Positions 17,409 to 27,860 of a stretch of 64,000 bases of DNA are shown here, piece by piece. The notes under the pieces were generated by a model that saw nothing but the letters and a program-made list of their open reading frames with translations, made no database searches and was not told the DNA's origin. Each line of letters begins with the position of its first letter. The first letter of the stretch is position 1. Both the position numbers and the translations under genes were made by a program. Origin of the DNA: an uncultured archaeon (GTDB lineage Archaea > Asgardarchaeota > Thorarchaeia > Thorarchaeales > Thorarchaeaceae); the NCBI GenBank assembly GCA_964590575.1, contig CAZPWM010000001.1:22217-86216 (forward strand). Direction: 5' to 3'.

Positions 17409-17702
17409 TCAGAAACCAAAGGGCATCATTGGAATTTCGTTATCCTCATCTAACTCTCTTACCATTCGCATTATTCCTCTGATACTGAGGAGCTCCCAAG
17501 CGGGTTTAACAAATGCTATTGAAATCTGTTTCGCGTCCTCCTGCGGGATTCCATTTTCTCTAAGTGTCTTATAGAATTCCTTGGCTCCCTTTTTGACATC
17601 GTTTCGTCCTTGACGAAGTGACCACCAAAGTTTGAATAGGAGCTTTGATCCACCGCCTATAGCACTCCCTGTAATTGATGCAATGGATCTCGCGGTTCCC
17701 AT
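17409..17702 (-). CDS. Hypothetical protein, related to the adjacent gene
   Basis: EFYKTLRENGIPQEDA motif shared with the neighbour. Confidence 0.75.
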   Translation of the reverse strand: MGTARSIASITGSAIGGGSKLLFKLWWSLRQGRNDVKKGAKEFYKTLRENGIPQEDAKQISIAFVKPAWELLSIRGIMRMVRELDEDNEIPMMPFGF

Positions 17703-17704
17703 TT

Positions 17705-18121
17705 CTATTCAAACTCCTCATCATCTTCGTCATCATCGTAGTTATCTGATCCTCGTCGTTTCCTCTTCTTCTTGCCACTAATTTCGATAGATGTTTCGTC
17801 GCTCACCATACTCATGAGCTTGCTGAAGTCAAGAGCTCCAACAAATTTCTTAGTCATGTCAAGAGCTACTTCCTCGGGGATTCCCTCAGCGATGAGATTG
17901 CTATAGAATTTCCCGATTCCTGCTGCCATGTTACCGGCAGCCTCAGGACTGTACACACTACCGATTAAGCCCGATATCAGTTTCGGAATTGCATCGTTGA
18001 GCGCACTGAAGAGTTCAGGCAATGCGCCTGCTATTTCCTTCAGTTCTTCAGCCTCACTCTTTTCTAATCTTGTTTTCTTTTTTGGTTCTGAGAATTCGTC
18101 ACTCAAATTTATCTTCACCAA
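17705..18121 (-). CDS. Hypothetical archaeal protein with basic/acidic tail
   Basis: GKFYSNLIAEGIPEEVALDMT; ends KKKRKRR...DDDEDDEEFE. Confidence 0.8.
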   Translation of the reverse strand: MVKINLSDEFSEPKKKTRLEKSEAEELKEIAGALPELFSALNDAIPKLISGLIGSVYSPEAAGNMAAGIGKFYSNLIAEGIPEEVALDMTKKFVGALDFSKLMSMVSDETSIEISGKKKRKRRGSDNYDDDEDDEEFE

Positions 18122-18146
18122 GTATTATGTAGACTGGTCACTTACT

Positions 18147-18154
18147 ATATATAA
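18147..18154 (-). promoter_or_regulatory. Candidate TATA box for a leaderless transcript of 18121
   Basis: TTTATATA on the minus strand, about 26 nt upstream of the TTG start. Confidence 0.5.
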
Positions 18155-18188
18155 ATTGGAAAAAAGTGACCACTTCTTTAGAAACTTG

Positions 18189-18647
18189 CTACTCCCTCAC
18201 CAGAGCGAAATACCTTGCTCTATCATCCTCATCTTCGATGATTTGCAAAATGCCCCGTTTAACAAGGTCATTCACTCGTTCCCGTACAATCCTTCTAGAT
18301 GCTGTTCCTCTCTCAGCTCTCACAGATGCTGTTAATTGACTGATATTGAGAGGACGGGAATTGTCTAGTATCTGGATGATCCTCCAGCTGATATCGTCTT
18401 TCTTCAAATCTCCATATCTTGACTCTAATCTCTCAATCTTGGTGAATTTTCCCATCAATCGTACCATGCCATCATAGAACTCGAATCCTTCTTTGATAAC
18501 TTTGGCTGAAGTACGGACTTCCTCGATACCTGGACCGACCCTCTCTATAAGCTCCTCGAGTCTAGCTAACCTTTCAGAGATTTCATCTAATCTATCTTGG
18601 ACTTCCTCAATTGTCAGATCTGATTTCGTGTTTTTGATTCCAGTCAA
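18189..18647 (-). CDS. Coiled-coil plus winged-helix putative transcription regulator
   Basis: LNISQLTASVRAERGTASRRIVRERVNDLVKRGIL; start moved to TTG at 18647, which follows a GGTGG RBS. Confidence 0.75.
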   Translation of the reverse strand: MTGIKNTKSDLTIEEVQDRLDEISERLARLEELIERVGPGIEEVRTSAKVIKEGFEFYDGMVRLMGKFTKIERLESRYGDLKKDDISWRIIQILDNSRPLNISQLTASVRAERGTASRRIVRERVNDLVKRGILQIIEDEDDRARYFALVRE

Positions 18648-18756
18648 GGAAGTGTCGCCACCTAGAATCAATAGTAGAAAGTGATAAGTCTGACGAATGC
18701 CGCGTAAGGACACCTGACCTGAAAAATGGTTCGAAGACATAGGAAGAATAAGCAAT

Positions 18757-20169
18757 TTGACCGGAGAAGAAGGTGAAAACGTAGTTGAAAATGTACTACC
18801 TCTACGTGATCTATTTCACTTTGCACACTTCTCCAGATTTTACAGACTGTACGTGCCTGCATCAATTCTTGTGGGTATTGCATGCGGCCTCTTCATGGTT
18901 TTATTTCAACTTCTTATTGATACTGCGATTACTGTATTCTCTGTGCTTCCACTCTTCATCGCTCCTTTGATTGGAGGTGCATTTTCAGGTGTTCTCATCT
19001 ATTTTGGGCGAACGGAGATTCAGGGGAGTGGGATTTCAAAAGCTATTGAAATGACACACAAACCAGGCTCACTTAGAAAAGGTACAACGCTCACAAAACT
19101 CGTAGCAACATCTGTATCTATTGGGTCTGGAAATCCAGTAGGACGAGAGGGTCCTGCAGTATTAATCGGTGCAGGTGTCGGGAACGCTATTGGTCGAAGG
19201 CTTGGTTTCCGAGATGACTCACATCTCAGAGTATTTCTGATGATGGGCTCTGCAGCTGCAACTGCTGGTATCTATAAGGCACCACTCGGTGGCGCTCTGT
19301 TTGCCACTGAGGCTCCATATAGACAAGATGCTCGACTTGGTTATTTTGTACCAACAGTGATTGCTGCATTGAGCTCTTTTGTTGTATTCATAGGCGTGTA
19401 TCCATTTATCACAGGACATGGAGCTGGTCCATTATTCACTTTTACTGCAGCATTAAGCATCACGCTTGCCGAGATTCCCTTCTTGGTTCTCTTTGGTGTT
19501 GTTGCAGGTGTCATTTCGATTCTATTTGCTGTGAGCCTCATGGCTACGCGTAACTTCTTCACAGTAAAATTTCCAAATTGGGTGGATCCTGTGATTGGCT
19601 CATTGCTTGCGTGCGTAGTCATTTTCGTTACATCCCTATTTGTAGACCCATCTCTTACAATCGCGGGAATGGGTTATGATGTAATTAACACGCTCGCACT
19701 TCATCCTGCGCCAATTTTAATGATAGTTATCTTACTTTTTGGAAAGCTCTTCGCATCATCATTTGTAGTTGCAGGAAAGGTTTCAGGAGGCGTGCTTGCT
19801 TCATCATTGTTTGTCGGGGCAATGCTAGGGTTATTCTTTGGCGAGATCTTCTTTCCCTCCAATGTTCCTGCGATTATGGTCCTAGGAATGGGTGCGGTCC
19901 TTGCTGCCACGACGAATACTCCTGTCGCAACCACCATCATGATGCTTGAGATGAGTCAAAACTTTGACCTAGTCATTCCTCTAGTGATTTGTATCTGTGT
20001 TTCCTATCTCGTAAGTGGAGGCACCTCATTGTATGAAGGTCAAAAAATAAGCAGAGACGATGAAACACCCGGCTTCTATGCCAATGTACTTCCTCCAAGA
20101 AAGCTTGGATACGAGAAAATTGATGGAGACGAAACAGAGCAAGATAGCGATGAAATCAATATACTCTGA
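18757..20169 (+). CDS. ClC chloride channel/antiporter family protein (no CBS domains)
   Basis: GSGIS, GREGP, APLGGALF, SGGVL, LYEGQ. Confidence 0.92.
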   Translation: MTGEEGENVVENVLPLRDLFHFAHFSRFYRLYVPASILVGIACGLFMVLFQLLIDTAITVFSVLPLFIAPLIGGAFSGVLIYFGRTEIQGSGISKAIEMTHKPGSLRKGTTLTKLVATSVSIGSGNPVGREGPAVLIGAGVGNAIGRRLGFRDDSHLRVFLMMGSAAATAGIYKAPLGGALFATEAPYRQDARLGYFVPTVIAALSSFVVFIGVYPFITGHGAGPLFTFTAALSITLAEIPFLVLFGVVAGVISILFAVSLMATRNFFTVKFPNWVDPVIGSLLACVVIFVTSLFVDPSLTIAGMGYDVINTLALHPAPILMIVILLFGKLFASSFVVAGKVSGGVLASSLFVGAMLGLFFGEIFFPSNVPAIMVLGMGAVLAATTNTPVATTIMMLEMSQNFDLVIPLVICICVSYLVSGGTSLYEGQKISRDDETPGFYANVLPPRKLGYEKIDGDETEQDSDEINIL

Positions 20170-20274
20170 TTTCTACGAAAATTAATAGGCAATTGCAGTA
20201 ATAAGGTGTCTAAAGGGAGATTGGTTTCGGAGGTTCACTCGAATCGCAAACTGACCCCCTAGGAGGAGTAATCT

Positions 20275-22886
20275 TTGCAGAAGAAAGTGGTAAGTACACT
20301 TTTGACCCTTTGTCTAATTCTCTCAAGTGTTCCTGTTCTTCTCTATGTCATGCCGATAGATGAAGTACAGCCAACAAAGATTGAACCAGTGACATTGGAC
20401 TTTAACAGATTGACTGAACTTTATGGAGAGCAGATTCCAGTAGTTGTTCGTTTTAATCAAGGTCTCTCGTCTGGATTACAAGATATCATCTCATCTATGC
20501 AATTGGAATTTAGCCTCGGAAGTGCAAGTAAAAGTCACATCGGTTCGTACTATCTACTGAATGGCAATCCGGATAGTCTTCAGGCTTTGATTGATATGGG
20601 TGTTGTTGCGAAGATTGCTCCGCAGACACATACACAATTTCTGGAAACTCCTAGAGACCTCTCAATTCCAGAAATCAATGCTGATGATGTCTGGTCGACG
20701 CTTGATGATTTGAGTAGAAACATCACAGGTCGAGATATTCTCATTGCGGATCTCGATTCAGGAGTAGATTGGCGACATCCTGACCTCTGGTTTGCTGATG
20801 GCGGCCAATACACTTGGTTTGACCATGCTGCAAACGGTCAGCTGGATAATGGAACTGATGGTATAGATCTCAACCCTGATGGAATCATTATGCCTGATGA
20901 GGCTCTGTATGTTCTTGATTTAGATCGGAATGGCATTTTCAATGTTCGATTTGAATGGGCATGGCTTGACAATGTCACTCAAAATGGATCTCCAGACATC
21001 GGTGAACCGTTCTTTGTTGTGAATGATACTTCGGGTGATGGTTTCCTTGACCTTGGAGAACCCTTGGTCATGTTGGGAACTCCTAAAACCAAGTACATCT
21101 TTGAAATGGATGGTAATCCCTCACCAAGTCTACAGTTATGGGAGCGTGGAGTGAACCTTACATCAAGCACTCACAAAGACGACAGTCCTTATGGTGGAGG
21201 TCATGGAACCGCTGTCGCTGGAATACTATTGGGTGGACAACTTGGTTTTCGAGACTATGTTGGTGTGGCCCCTGATGCAGAGTTAATGCTGATTCGTGTT
21301 ATAGGCGATCAGTTCACGTGGATCTCAATTGAAGCAGGGCTTGCAATCGCAAACAATACGGGGGCTGATGTTATTCTTACAGAAATCGGGTCATGGACCT
21401 ATCAATATCTCGATGGTAGTTCATTGGCTGAGGAAATAATTGACGATTTAGTTGCTGATGGCATTCCAGTAATCTCTCCAAGTGGGAATCTTGGAGGAAA
21501 GGACAAACACGCAATGATCAACACAGTCCGTTTGCTCCCCATCAGATTGATTTCTTAGTTCCTACAGTAGATGGCCTTTATGTCTTTGAAGACATCACGG
21601 AGGTCTACATAACAGTCCTAACGGTTGATCCCACTGATTTCGTGGTGAGTAATTTTAGTTTGACAATTAATGGAACCACAACCTACCTTAATCCCGGAGT
21701 GGGTGAGGGTATATGGTTCCTGCAATCTAACATTATCCCTGGGGTCAATGTGCAGTCTTACATCTCTACTTCTACAAGAGGTACGAAGATGCTTGCCATC
21801 CAACTCTATGGAGCTCTTCCCACCACTCCTCCCGTCGTGCCCTACCAACTTGGCATCTCAACACCTGATGCCGCAACGATTCATGCGTATATCTCTGATG
21901 ACCAGAGTGGATGGACTGGTGGATGTGTATGGACAACCGACATGGCGGATAGTTATCATATTACATGGCCATCGACAGCAGACAGTGCAATAAGTGTCGC
22001 AAGCTATCACACAAGGAGTCTCTATGGGACAATTGGAGATCGTGCTAGCTTCTCCTCTATTGGTCCAAGGATTGATGGTTTTCCCAAACAGACTGTTGCA
22101 GCTCCTGGAGGTTACGACATTATCTCAGACTATGCAAATGGTTCTGTTTGGGCCTCTTGGTTTAATGGTGGTGGTGCATTACCTTTTCAGCCGCAGTTTG
22201 GAACTTATCGGTTATTTAGTGGAACAAGTGCATCAGGACCGCATGTTGCAGGAGCAGCTGCACTGCTGCTTCAAGCCAATGTTACTATTGGGGGTCAAAT
22301 GAAAGCAATTTTTGAGTCCACTGCAGTAAGTGATGTGTTCACCGGGGTTGTCCCAAACGACATGTGGGGTAGTGGTAAACTGGATGTGGAGGCTGCATTA
22401 GCCTTCATCACTCCTGGTCCTGATGTTGATGGTCCAGTGATTGGGAACCATAATCGAAGCCCCTTCACGCCTAATTCTACTGAATCAGTACTGGTGAATG
22501 TTACAGTGTCAGACGCTTCTGGGGTCGACACAGTGATTCTTTCATATTACAATGGCTCAACCTGGTTCAATGTCACAATGACTTGGACTGGGTTATATTA
22601 TGAAGGCACAATTCCTGCATTCCCGAATGGAACTACTATACTTTATCGTTTCTACGCAAACGACACACTTGATAACTGGTCCATGTCTGGGACATTTAGC
22701 TACACTGTTACAGATCCTGGAACCACCACAACCACGACCACCAGTACAACCTCGACAACGGGAAGCCCGACTACGACCTCCCCTCCCCCCGAAGAACCGG
22801 ATTACCTTCGATTGGCGGTGATACTAAGTGTGGTGCTTGCGTTGATAATTCTGGCAGTTGTATGTAATCGAAGGAGGTCACGATGA
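20275..22886 (+). CDS. Membrane-anchored S8 subtilase, split by a -1 frameshift near 21528
   Basis: Asp (DLDSG) and His (HGTAVAG) in ORF 20275-21558; Ser (SGTSASGPHVAG), Thr linker and TM in the 21642-22886 frame; that second frame is open from 21528. Confidence 0.85.
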
Positions 22887-23007
22887 CCAGATTAAGGCAA
22901 AGGATAAAAATTTGTGTTCTTTACACACTCGAAGTAGCGTGAGCAGGTCTTATATGAGCTAAGTTTATTGCGAAGTCGTCGACAAAACAAGACAAAAGGT
23001 ATCAACC

Positions 23008-23346
23008 ATGAAGCAACTTGGCGGATTTACTCTCGACTTAGGACATAAGAAACACATGCCTGTGGAAGTTCTAGTCGATAATGGCAATACACTCATTCTG
23101 ATAGACTGTAACTGTTGCGAGGAAAATCTTTCGCGAAGGCTTCCTGGAGGTGCTCTCATACCTATTGCGACAGCCTTGAAAACCTTCTTTGCGGCTCGGG
23201 GGATGAGAAATATCGATGTCAATGTGAGCGGAGTAATGATGCGCCGTACCTACAAGGGTATCATGGATGAGTCGGACCTTCCTGAGATGACAAAGGAATT
23301 GGAACAGGCTGTTAGTAATTTCACTCGCAAACGAAAGAAGAGATAG
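23008..23346 (+). CDS. Hypothetical protein
   Basis: 112-aa ORF with DCNCCE motif. Confidence 0.7.
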   Translation: MKQLGGFTLDLGHKKHMPVEVLVDNGNTLILIDCNCCEENLSRRLPGGALIPIATALKTFFAARGMRNIDVNVSGVMMRRTYKGIMDESDLPEMTKELEQAVSNFTRKRKKR

Positions 23347-23380
23347 GTTGGAGAGAGAATACACTCTCCCCAGAATGGTA

Positions 23381-24475
23381 CTATTGATTTTCAGCTTGGA
23401 ACTCTTTGAGATATTCAGCAAGTTTCATACAACCCTCAAGAGACATTGCATTGTAGATTGAAGCTCTCATTCCTCCAACTGAGCGATGTCCTTTGAGTCC
23501 CACCAAATCTCTTGCAGTTCCTCCAGCAACACACTTCTGTTCCAGCTCTGGCGAAGCCATGGTGAATGTCACGTTCATGAGCGAACGCGAATCCTCCCTT
23601 GCATGACCCTTGTAGAACCCATCGGAGGAGTCAATAACATCATAGAGGACTTTTGCCTTCTCTATATTTCTCTTCTCCATCTCCTTCACTCCACCTATTT
23701 CTTTCAGGTACTCAAGCGAGAGCTTACAGATATAGATTGGGAAAACTGGTGGTGTATTGTACATAGAGTCGTTGTCGGAATGGGTTTTCCACTTTTGCAT
23801 TGAAGGTGCACGATCTGGAGCTCGATCAAGAAGATCCTCTCTTACGATGACTAAAGTGACCCCTGCTGGTCCAAGATTCTTTTGGGCTCCAGCATAGATT
23901 ACGCCATAGTCCTTAACATTGATAGGTCGATCCATGAGGTTCGAAGACATGTCACAGACAAGAGGAACGTCCTTAGGAACGGAGGGTAGGTATGACCACT
24001 CGGTTCCATAGAGTGTATTGTTACTTGTGAAATGTGCGAATGCGTTCTCCTCATTGAATTTAACATTCTTTGGAATGTATGAAAAATTCTCATCTTCGGA
24101 AGAGGCAATTACTTTGACTTCCCCAAAGAGTTTAGCTTCTTTGATCGCTTTCGTGGACCATCCGCCTGTATTAGCATATTCCATTGGTTTTCCAGGGATA
24201 TGAAGATTAAGGGGTACCATATAGAATTGAGTCGAAGCTCCACCTCCCAGCCACAGAACCTTATAGTCCGTCGGAACTCCCATCAACTCTCTCACAAGAT
24301 CAGTAGCATCATTCATGGCTTTCTCCCACTCTTTTGACCGATGTGAAATCTCCATCACTGACATGCCAGTTCCCGCGAAATTCAAGAATTCCTCCTTGGC
24401 TTTCTCAAGGACTGATAGTTGTAATGTAGCTGGTCCAGCGTAGTAGTTCCATACTCTCTTTATCATTATCTTCAC
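23381..24475 (-). CDS. serC: Phosphoserine aminotransferase
   Basis: AGPATL, SVMEISHRS, DMSS, AGAQKNLGPAG, NTPP, KGHRSVGGMRASIYNA. Confidence 0.96.
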   Translation of the reverse strand: MKIMIKRVWNYYAGPATLQLSVLEKAKEEFLNFAGTGMSVMEISHRSKEWEKAMNDATDLVRELMGVPTDYKVLWLGGGASTQFYMVPLNLHIPGKPMEYANTGGWSTKAIKEAKLFGEVKVIASSEDENFSYIPKNVKFNEENAFAHFTSNNTLYGTEWSYLPSVPKDVPLVCDMSSNLMDRPINVKDYGVIYAGAQKNLGPAGVTLVIVREDLLDRAPDRAPSMQKWKTHSDNDSMYNTPPVFPIYICKLSLEYLKEIGGVKEMEKRNIEKAKVLYDVIDSSDGFYKGHAREDSRSLMNVTFTMASPELEQKCVAGGTARDLVGLKGHRSVGGMRASIYNAMSLEGCMKLAEYLKEFQAENQ

Positions 24476-25816
24476 TTACTCCAGTTTGTTTATTGTGAAT
24501 CCAGTCCAGACTTTAGGCTGGAAGAACGTACTCTTTTGAGGCATGCATTCGAAATTTTTCGAAACAGCTTCAACCTCATTTATTCGTGTCGGGTTCATAA
24601 AGAAAACGGCCTGACCATCATTCTGGACAGACTTTATCGATTCCTTTACAGCATCACCTATGCCTTTAATGTAGACAACATACCCTCCTCCCTTCATTGT
24701 ACCCTGCTCCAGCTTCTTTTTATCAATTCCCAGCATTTTGTCAAGAACGAGGGTATGAAGTATAGCCACATCGAGACCTCGAAGTTCTATAGACTTGTTT
24801 GGCAAGAGTTCATCCATCACTGAAACCTCCTTCAATGTAAGAGCATAGAACTTTCCATTATCCATGTAGAGTCCAAAGGAATGTTTTCCTTTCCGGAACT
24901 TATTCTCCATTAGCTCAAACATGGACTCTGATGATTCAAATATATCAACATCGAAGTATTTGTTGATGTCTTCAAGGAGTTTATCCTTGGAGAAGTCTTC
25001 CAAGTTTTGTACAAGTCTATGAGTAGGCAGGACTACAAGTCCGGGATTTGAGATATTAACAAATGTGAGCATGCGGTATCTTGCGGTTTCTAGCTCTGGG
25101 TGTTCTTTAGACAATGCAAGGGCTGTTTTATATCTATGATGACCATCAGCTATTATAACGAACTTGTCATCCATTAGTCGGACTATCTCTTTCAGGTCAT
25201 CTTCATTGTCAATTCTCCAGAGTCTATGACGGATACCATCGTAGTCAACAACATCGCCAACTGGATTGTCCTTCATATGCTTCTCAAGGATTGCATCCAC
25301 CTGTCGTTCATGGTCCGGGTAAATTACAAAAATCTGTCCAAAATTAGCCATGCAACTTCTACATAGACTAAGTCGGTCTTCAATATCTTTTGGGAGGGTT
25401 TCTTCGTGTTGAAGAACTCCATCAAAAATACTAACGCTCGGAGCTCTTGTTGCGAATTCTTCGAGTTCAATCAACCCAATGAATCCAAACCTAAATAGTG
25501 GTTTTCCCTTAATCTCAAAGTCCTGTCCATAGACATAGAATGACTCTTTCTCATCAGGTGTGAGAATACCCTCATTGATCCATTTATTGAAGTGGTTTCT
25601 CGCTCTGGTATACTGATTTGATGAAGGTGTGTCGTTTTCTTCAGATTTGTTCTTTATGATCCATGCCATATTATAATCAGAAAGTGATTGAAGTTCGTCT
25701 ATCTTGTCGCCCTTAATGATATCATAAGGCGGAGTCACCAATCGAGACAACTCGCCCGCCTTGGCCTCGTTGTATCTATAAGCTTTGAATGGTTTTACAC
25801 GTACCATCGTTAGCAT
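24476..25816 (-). CDS. DUF1015 family protein
   Basis: PPYDII, QHEET, IADGHHRY, LPTHR, MPQKSTFFQPK; adjacent to serC as is usual for the family. Confidence 0.92.
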   Translation of the reverse strand: MLTMVRVKPFKAYRYNEAKAGELSRLVTPPYDIIKGDKIDELQSLSDYNMAWIIKNKSEENDTPSSNQYTRARNHFNKWINEGILTPDEKESFYVYGQDFEIKGKPLFRFGFIGLIELEEFATRAPSVSIFDGVLQHEETLPKDIEDRLSLCRSCMANFGQIFVIYPDHERQVDAILEKHMKDNPVGDVVDYDGIRHRLWRIDNEDDLKEIVRLMDDKFVIIADGHHRYKTALALSKEHPELETARYRMLTFVNISNPGLVVLPTHRLVQNLEDFSKDKLLEDINKYFDVDIFESSESMFELMENKFRKGKHSFGLYMDNGKFYALTLKEVSVMDELLPNKSIELRGLDVAILHTLVLDKMLGIDKKKLEQGTMKGGGYVVYIKGIGDAVKESIKSVQNDGQAVFFMNPTRINEVEAVSKNFECMPQKSTFFQPKVWTGFTINKLE

Positions 25817-25987
25817 CTCCGGTTTCTAACTATAGATTCTGCTGAGCCGGCTCTTAGACTCTTTGTCATAAGTCTTTCTTTCCGAATGAAACTCTCTCAC
25901 GTTTGAGAAAATTCCCAAACGTCAAACTTAAATGACTAAGGGTGACGGACACGCGAACCTATAATATCGACGGGGAGACATAAATAA

Positions 25988-26257
25988 ATGGAATTTTGTG
26001 AGAAATGCGGAGCCCTCATGTTTCCTAAAAAAGAGGAAGGAAAAAAGACAATCATATTGAAGTGTCGAGAATGCGGGCATGAAAAATCAGTTCGTTCTCC
26101 TCCTGATTACAAAGTAGAACATCGAATAAAACACACTCCTCGTGAGAAGATTGTTATCGTTGAAGAGGATTCAAAACATATGTCGGAGATGACTGAGGAT
26201 GAACGTCGTGAAAGACGTAAAGAAATACTGGAATACTACGAGTCGGAAGATGAATGA
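25988..26257 (+). CDS. TFS/RpoM-like protein with the N-terminal zinc ribbon only
   Basis: [13 protein letters not shown]...CRECGHE, linker KIVIVEE; no C-terminal ribbon. Confidence 0.85.
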   Translation: MEFCEKCGALMFPKKEEGKKTIILKCRECGHEKSVRSPPDYKVEHRIKHTPREKIVIVEEDSKHMSEMTEDERRERRKEILEYYESEDE

Positions 26258-26361
26258 GTATCTTCGGGTAACCTTAATATCCCTTCACATGGTCAGTTTA
26301 CATGCCTATCATTATCGGCCGTCTGAACACTGACTAATTTTACAATCCGATTTTTCACGGA

Positions 26362-27264
26362 TTGTATACTCATAAAATGGAGGACCTGAACAAGATGGGA
26401 ACTAATCTTCATTATAATCATCATAATTACCTGTTGAAAAATGGAAACATTGCAGATAAGCTGCGCCTTGCAGCTAGTTGGACTGACCTTTCTGAAGGGC
26501 AACTAACAGAACTGATGCATGAAGTAACTCGAGTTCAGAACAAAGATGGCGGGATACCATTTGGTGTACAGCCAGGAAATCCAAGTTCCGTGAAAGAAAC
26601 TGCAGAGGTATTGGCTCTAATATCTAGATACAAATCTCAGTGGGGTAAAATCCTCGATGAAATGGTCAAGTTTCTTATCTCGCGGCAAAAGAATGATGGA
26701 GGATTCAGTGAAACCCTGAATTTGGACCCCTATATTGAAGATAAATGGGGTGGTATTGGGCGAGATTGGTATCCTGTGGCTAAGAGTTTAACATGGCTAA
26801 CAGGGAAAGCACTCGAAGCATTATGTCTTGCAGAATATCATGATGAAGAAAGACTAAGAAGAGCCAGAGACTTCCTCCTTTACAACCAGTATGAAGATGG
26901 TCACTGGCCTGATTTTATTGGCCGTGAAGTATCAGATCCACTTGCGACCGGTAATATTTTGCTCGCGCTAGAAGCAGTAGGGATTAATTCCAATAACAAA
27001 GTTTACCAAGATGGTCGGACTGCTCTTCTTCAGCATTTGAAAGACTCTGTTGAGAATAAATCAACATTTGACATGGTAGATTTGACTGCTGTAGGAAAAC
27101 CTAATTCCAATCTTGAGAAAGAGGTCATCCGCAATGGAGTAGAACTCATAATCCAAAGCCAAAATGAAGATGGTGGTTGGGCTCCACTTGGGTCTAAGAA
27201 GAGTGATCCTGAATTGAGTTCCATACTCGCATTCGTCGCATCGAAGTTAAACAAGTATGCATAA
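26362..27264 (+). CDS. Prenyltransferase/squalene-cyclase repeat (alpha/alpha toroid) protein
   Basis: Four QW-type repeats: QNKDGG, QKNDGGF, QYEDGHW, QNEDGGW; start uncertain. Confidence 0.8.
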   Translation: MYTHKMEDLNKMGTNLHYNHHNYLLKNGNIADKLRLAASWTDLSEGQLTELMHEVTRVQNKDGGIPFGVQPGNPSSVKETAEVLALISRYKSQWGKILDEMVKFLISRQKNDGGFSETLNLDPYIEDKWGGIGRDWYPVAKSLTWLTGKALEALCLAEYHDEERLRRARDFLLYNQYEDGHWPDFIGREVSDPLATGNILLALEAVGINSNNKVYQDGRTALLQHLKDSVENKSTFDMVDLTAVGKPNSNLEKEVIRNGVELIIQSQNEDGGWAPLGSKKSDPELSSILAFVASKLNKYA

Positions 27265-27280
27265 CAAACGAGGTGACCAA

Positions 27281-27820
27281 GTGGTAGAGAAAGTTCTTGC
27301 GCTACTCGAGAAAGACGAAAAATATCTCGCTGGTGTATTTACCTCTGAAGGGCTCTACACTAGTTCTCTCCCATATGCTAAAAAATCGGATGCAATCAAA
27401 GGTGTGAATGGACATTCCCTTCGTAGAGATGACAGTGATGAAAATCTAGCAGTTCTTGAAACAGTCTATGCCATCCATGAGGGGGTTAGAGATGCAGCTA
27501 TAGACGAAATCAAGTTAGATTTCTCTGGGTTCACACCTAAGCAGGTATCTGTTCTCAAGATTGTATTGACAATTCCATTTGGTTCAACCTTGACTTATGG
27601 ATCTGTTGCAGAAAAAGCAGGACTGCCTAATGCTGCTAGATTTGTTGGGAATGTAATGCGTATCAATCGACTTGGACCCGTAATTCCATGTCATCGCGTT
27701 GTTTCATCAACTGGTCTTGGAGGTTATACAGGTGGTATAGACAAGAAGATTGATTTACTAGCACGTGAGGGAGTCATTCGCGGAGACTTTTCACAGAAGG
27801 CTTTACATAGGATTCCGTAA
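27281..27820 (+). CDS. ogt: O6-methylguanine-DNA methyltransferase
   Basis: IPFGSTLTYG, AARFVG, IPCHRVV, GGYTGG; GTG at 27281 follows GAGGTGA. Confidence 0.92.
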   Translation: MVEKVLALLEKDEKYLAGVFTSEGLYTSSLPYAKKSDAIKGVNGHSLRRDDSDENLAVLETVYAIHEGVRDAAIDEIKLDFSGFTPKQVSVLKIVLTIPFGSTLTYGSVAEKAGLPNAARFVGNVMRINRLGPVIPCHRVVSSTGLGGYTGGIDKKIDLLAREGVIRGDFSQKALHRIP

Positions 27821-27860
27821 TTTCCGAAGTGGACCCCTTCGGTTTGGATGCGTGTACCTT

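Noticed and set aside
18650-18760. Fluoride riboswitch / CLC-F exporter
   Set aside because: The protein has GSGIS/GREGP instead of the CLC-F GNNLI/GREGT motifs, and no riboswitch consensus was seen
21520-21560. Programmed -1 frameshift or stop read-through in the S8 gene
   Set aside because: No slippery heptamer; the continuation is in another frame, so read-through cannot join the halves
26362-27264. Squalene-hopene cyclase
   Set aside because: Only about 300 aa and no DxDD catalytic motif
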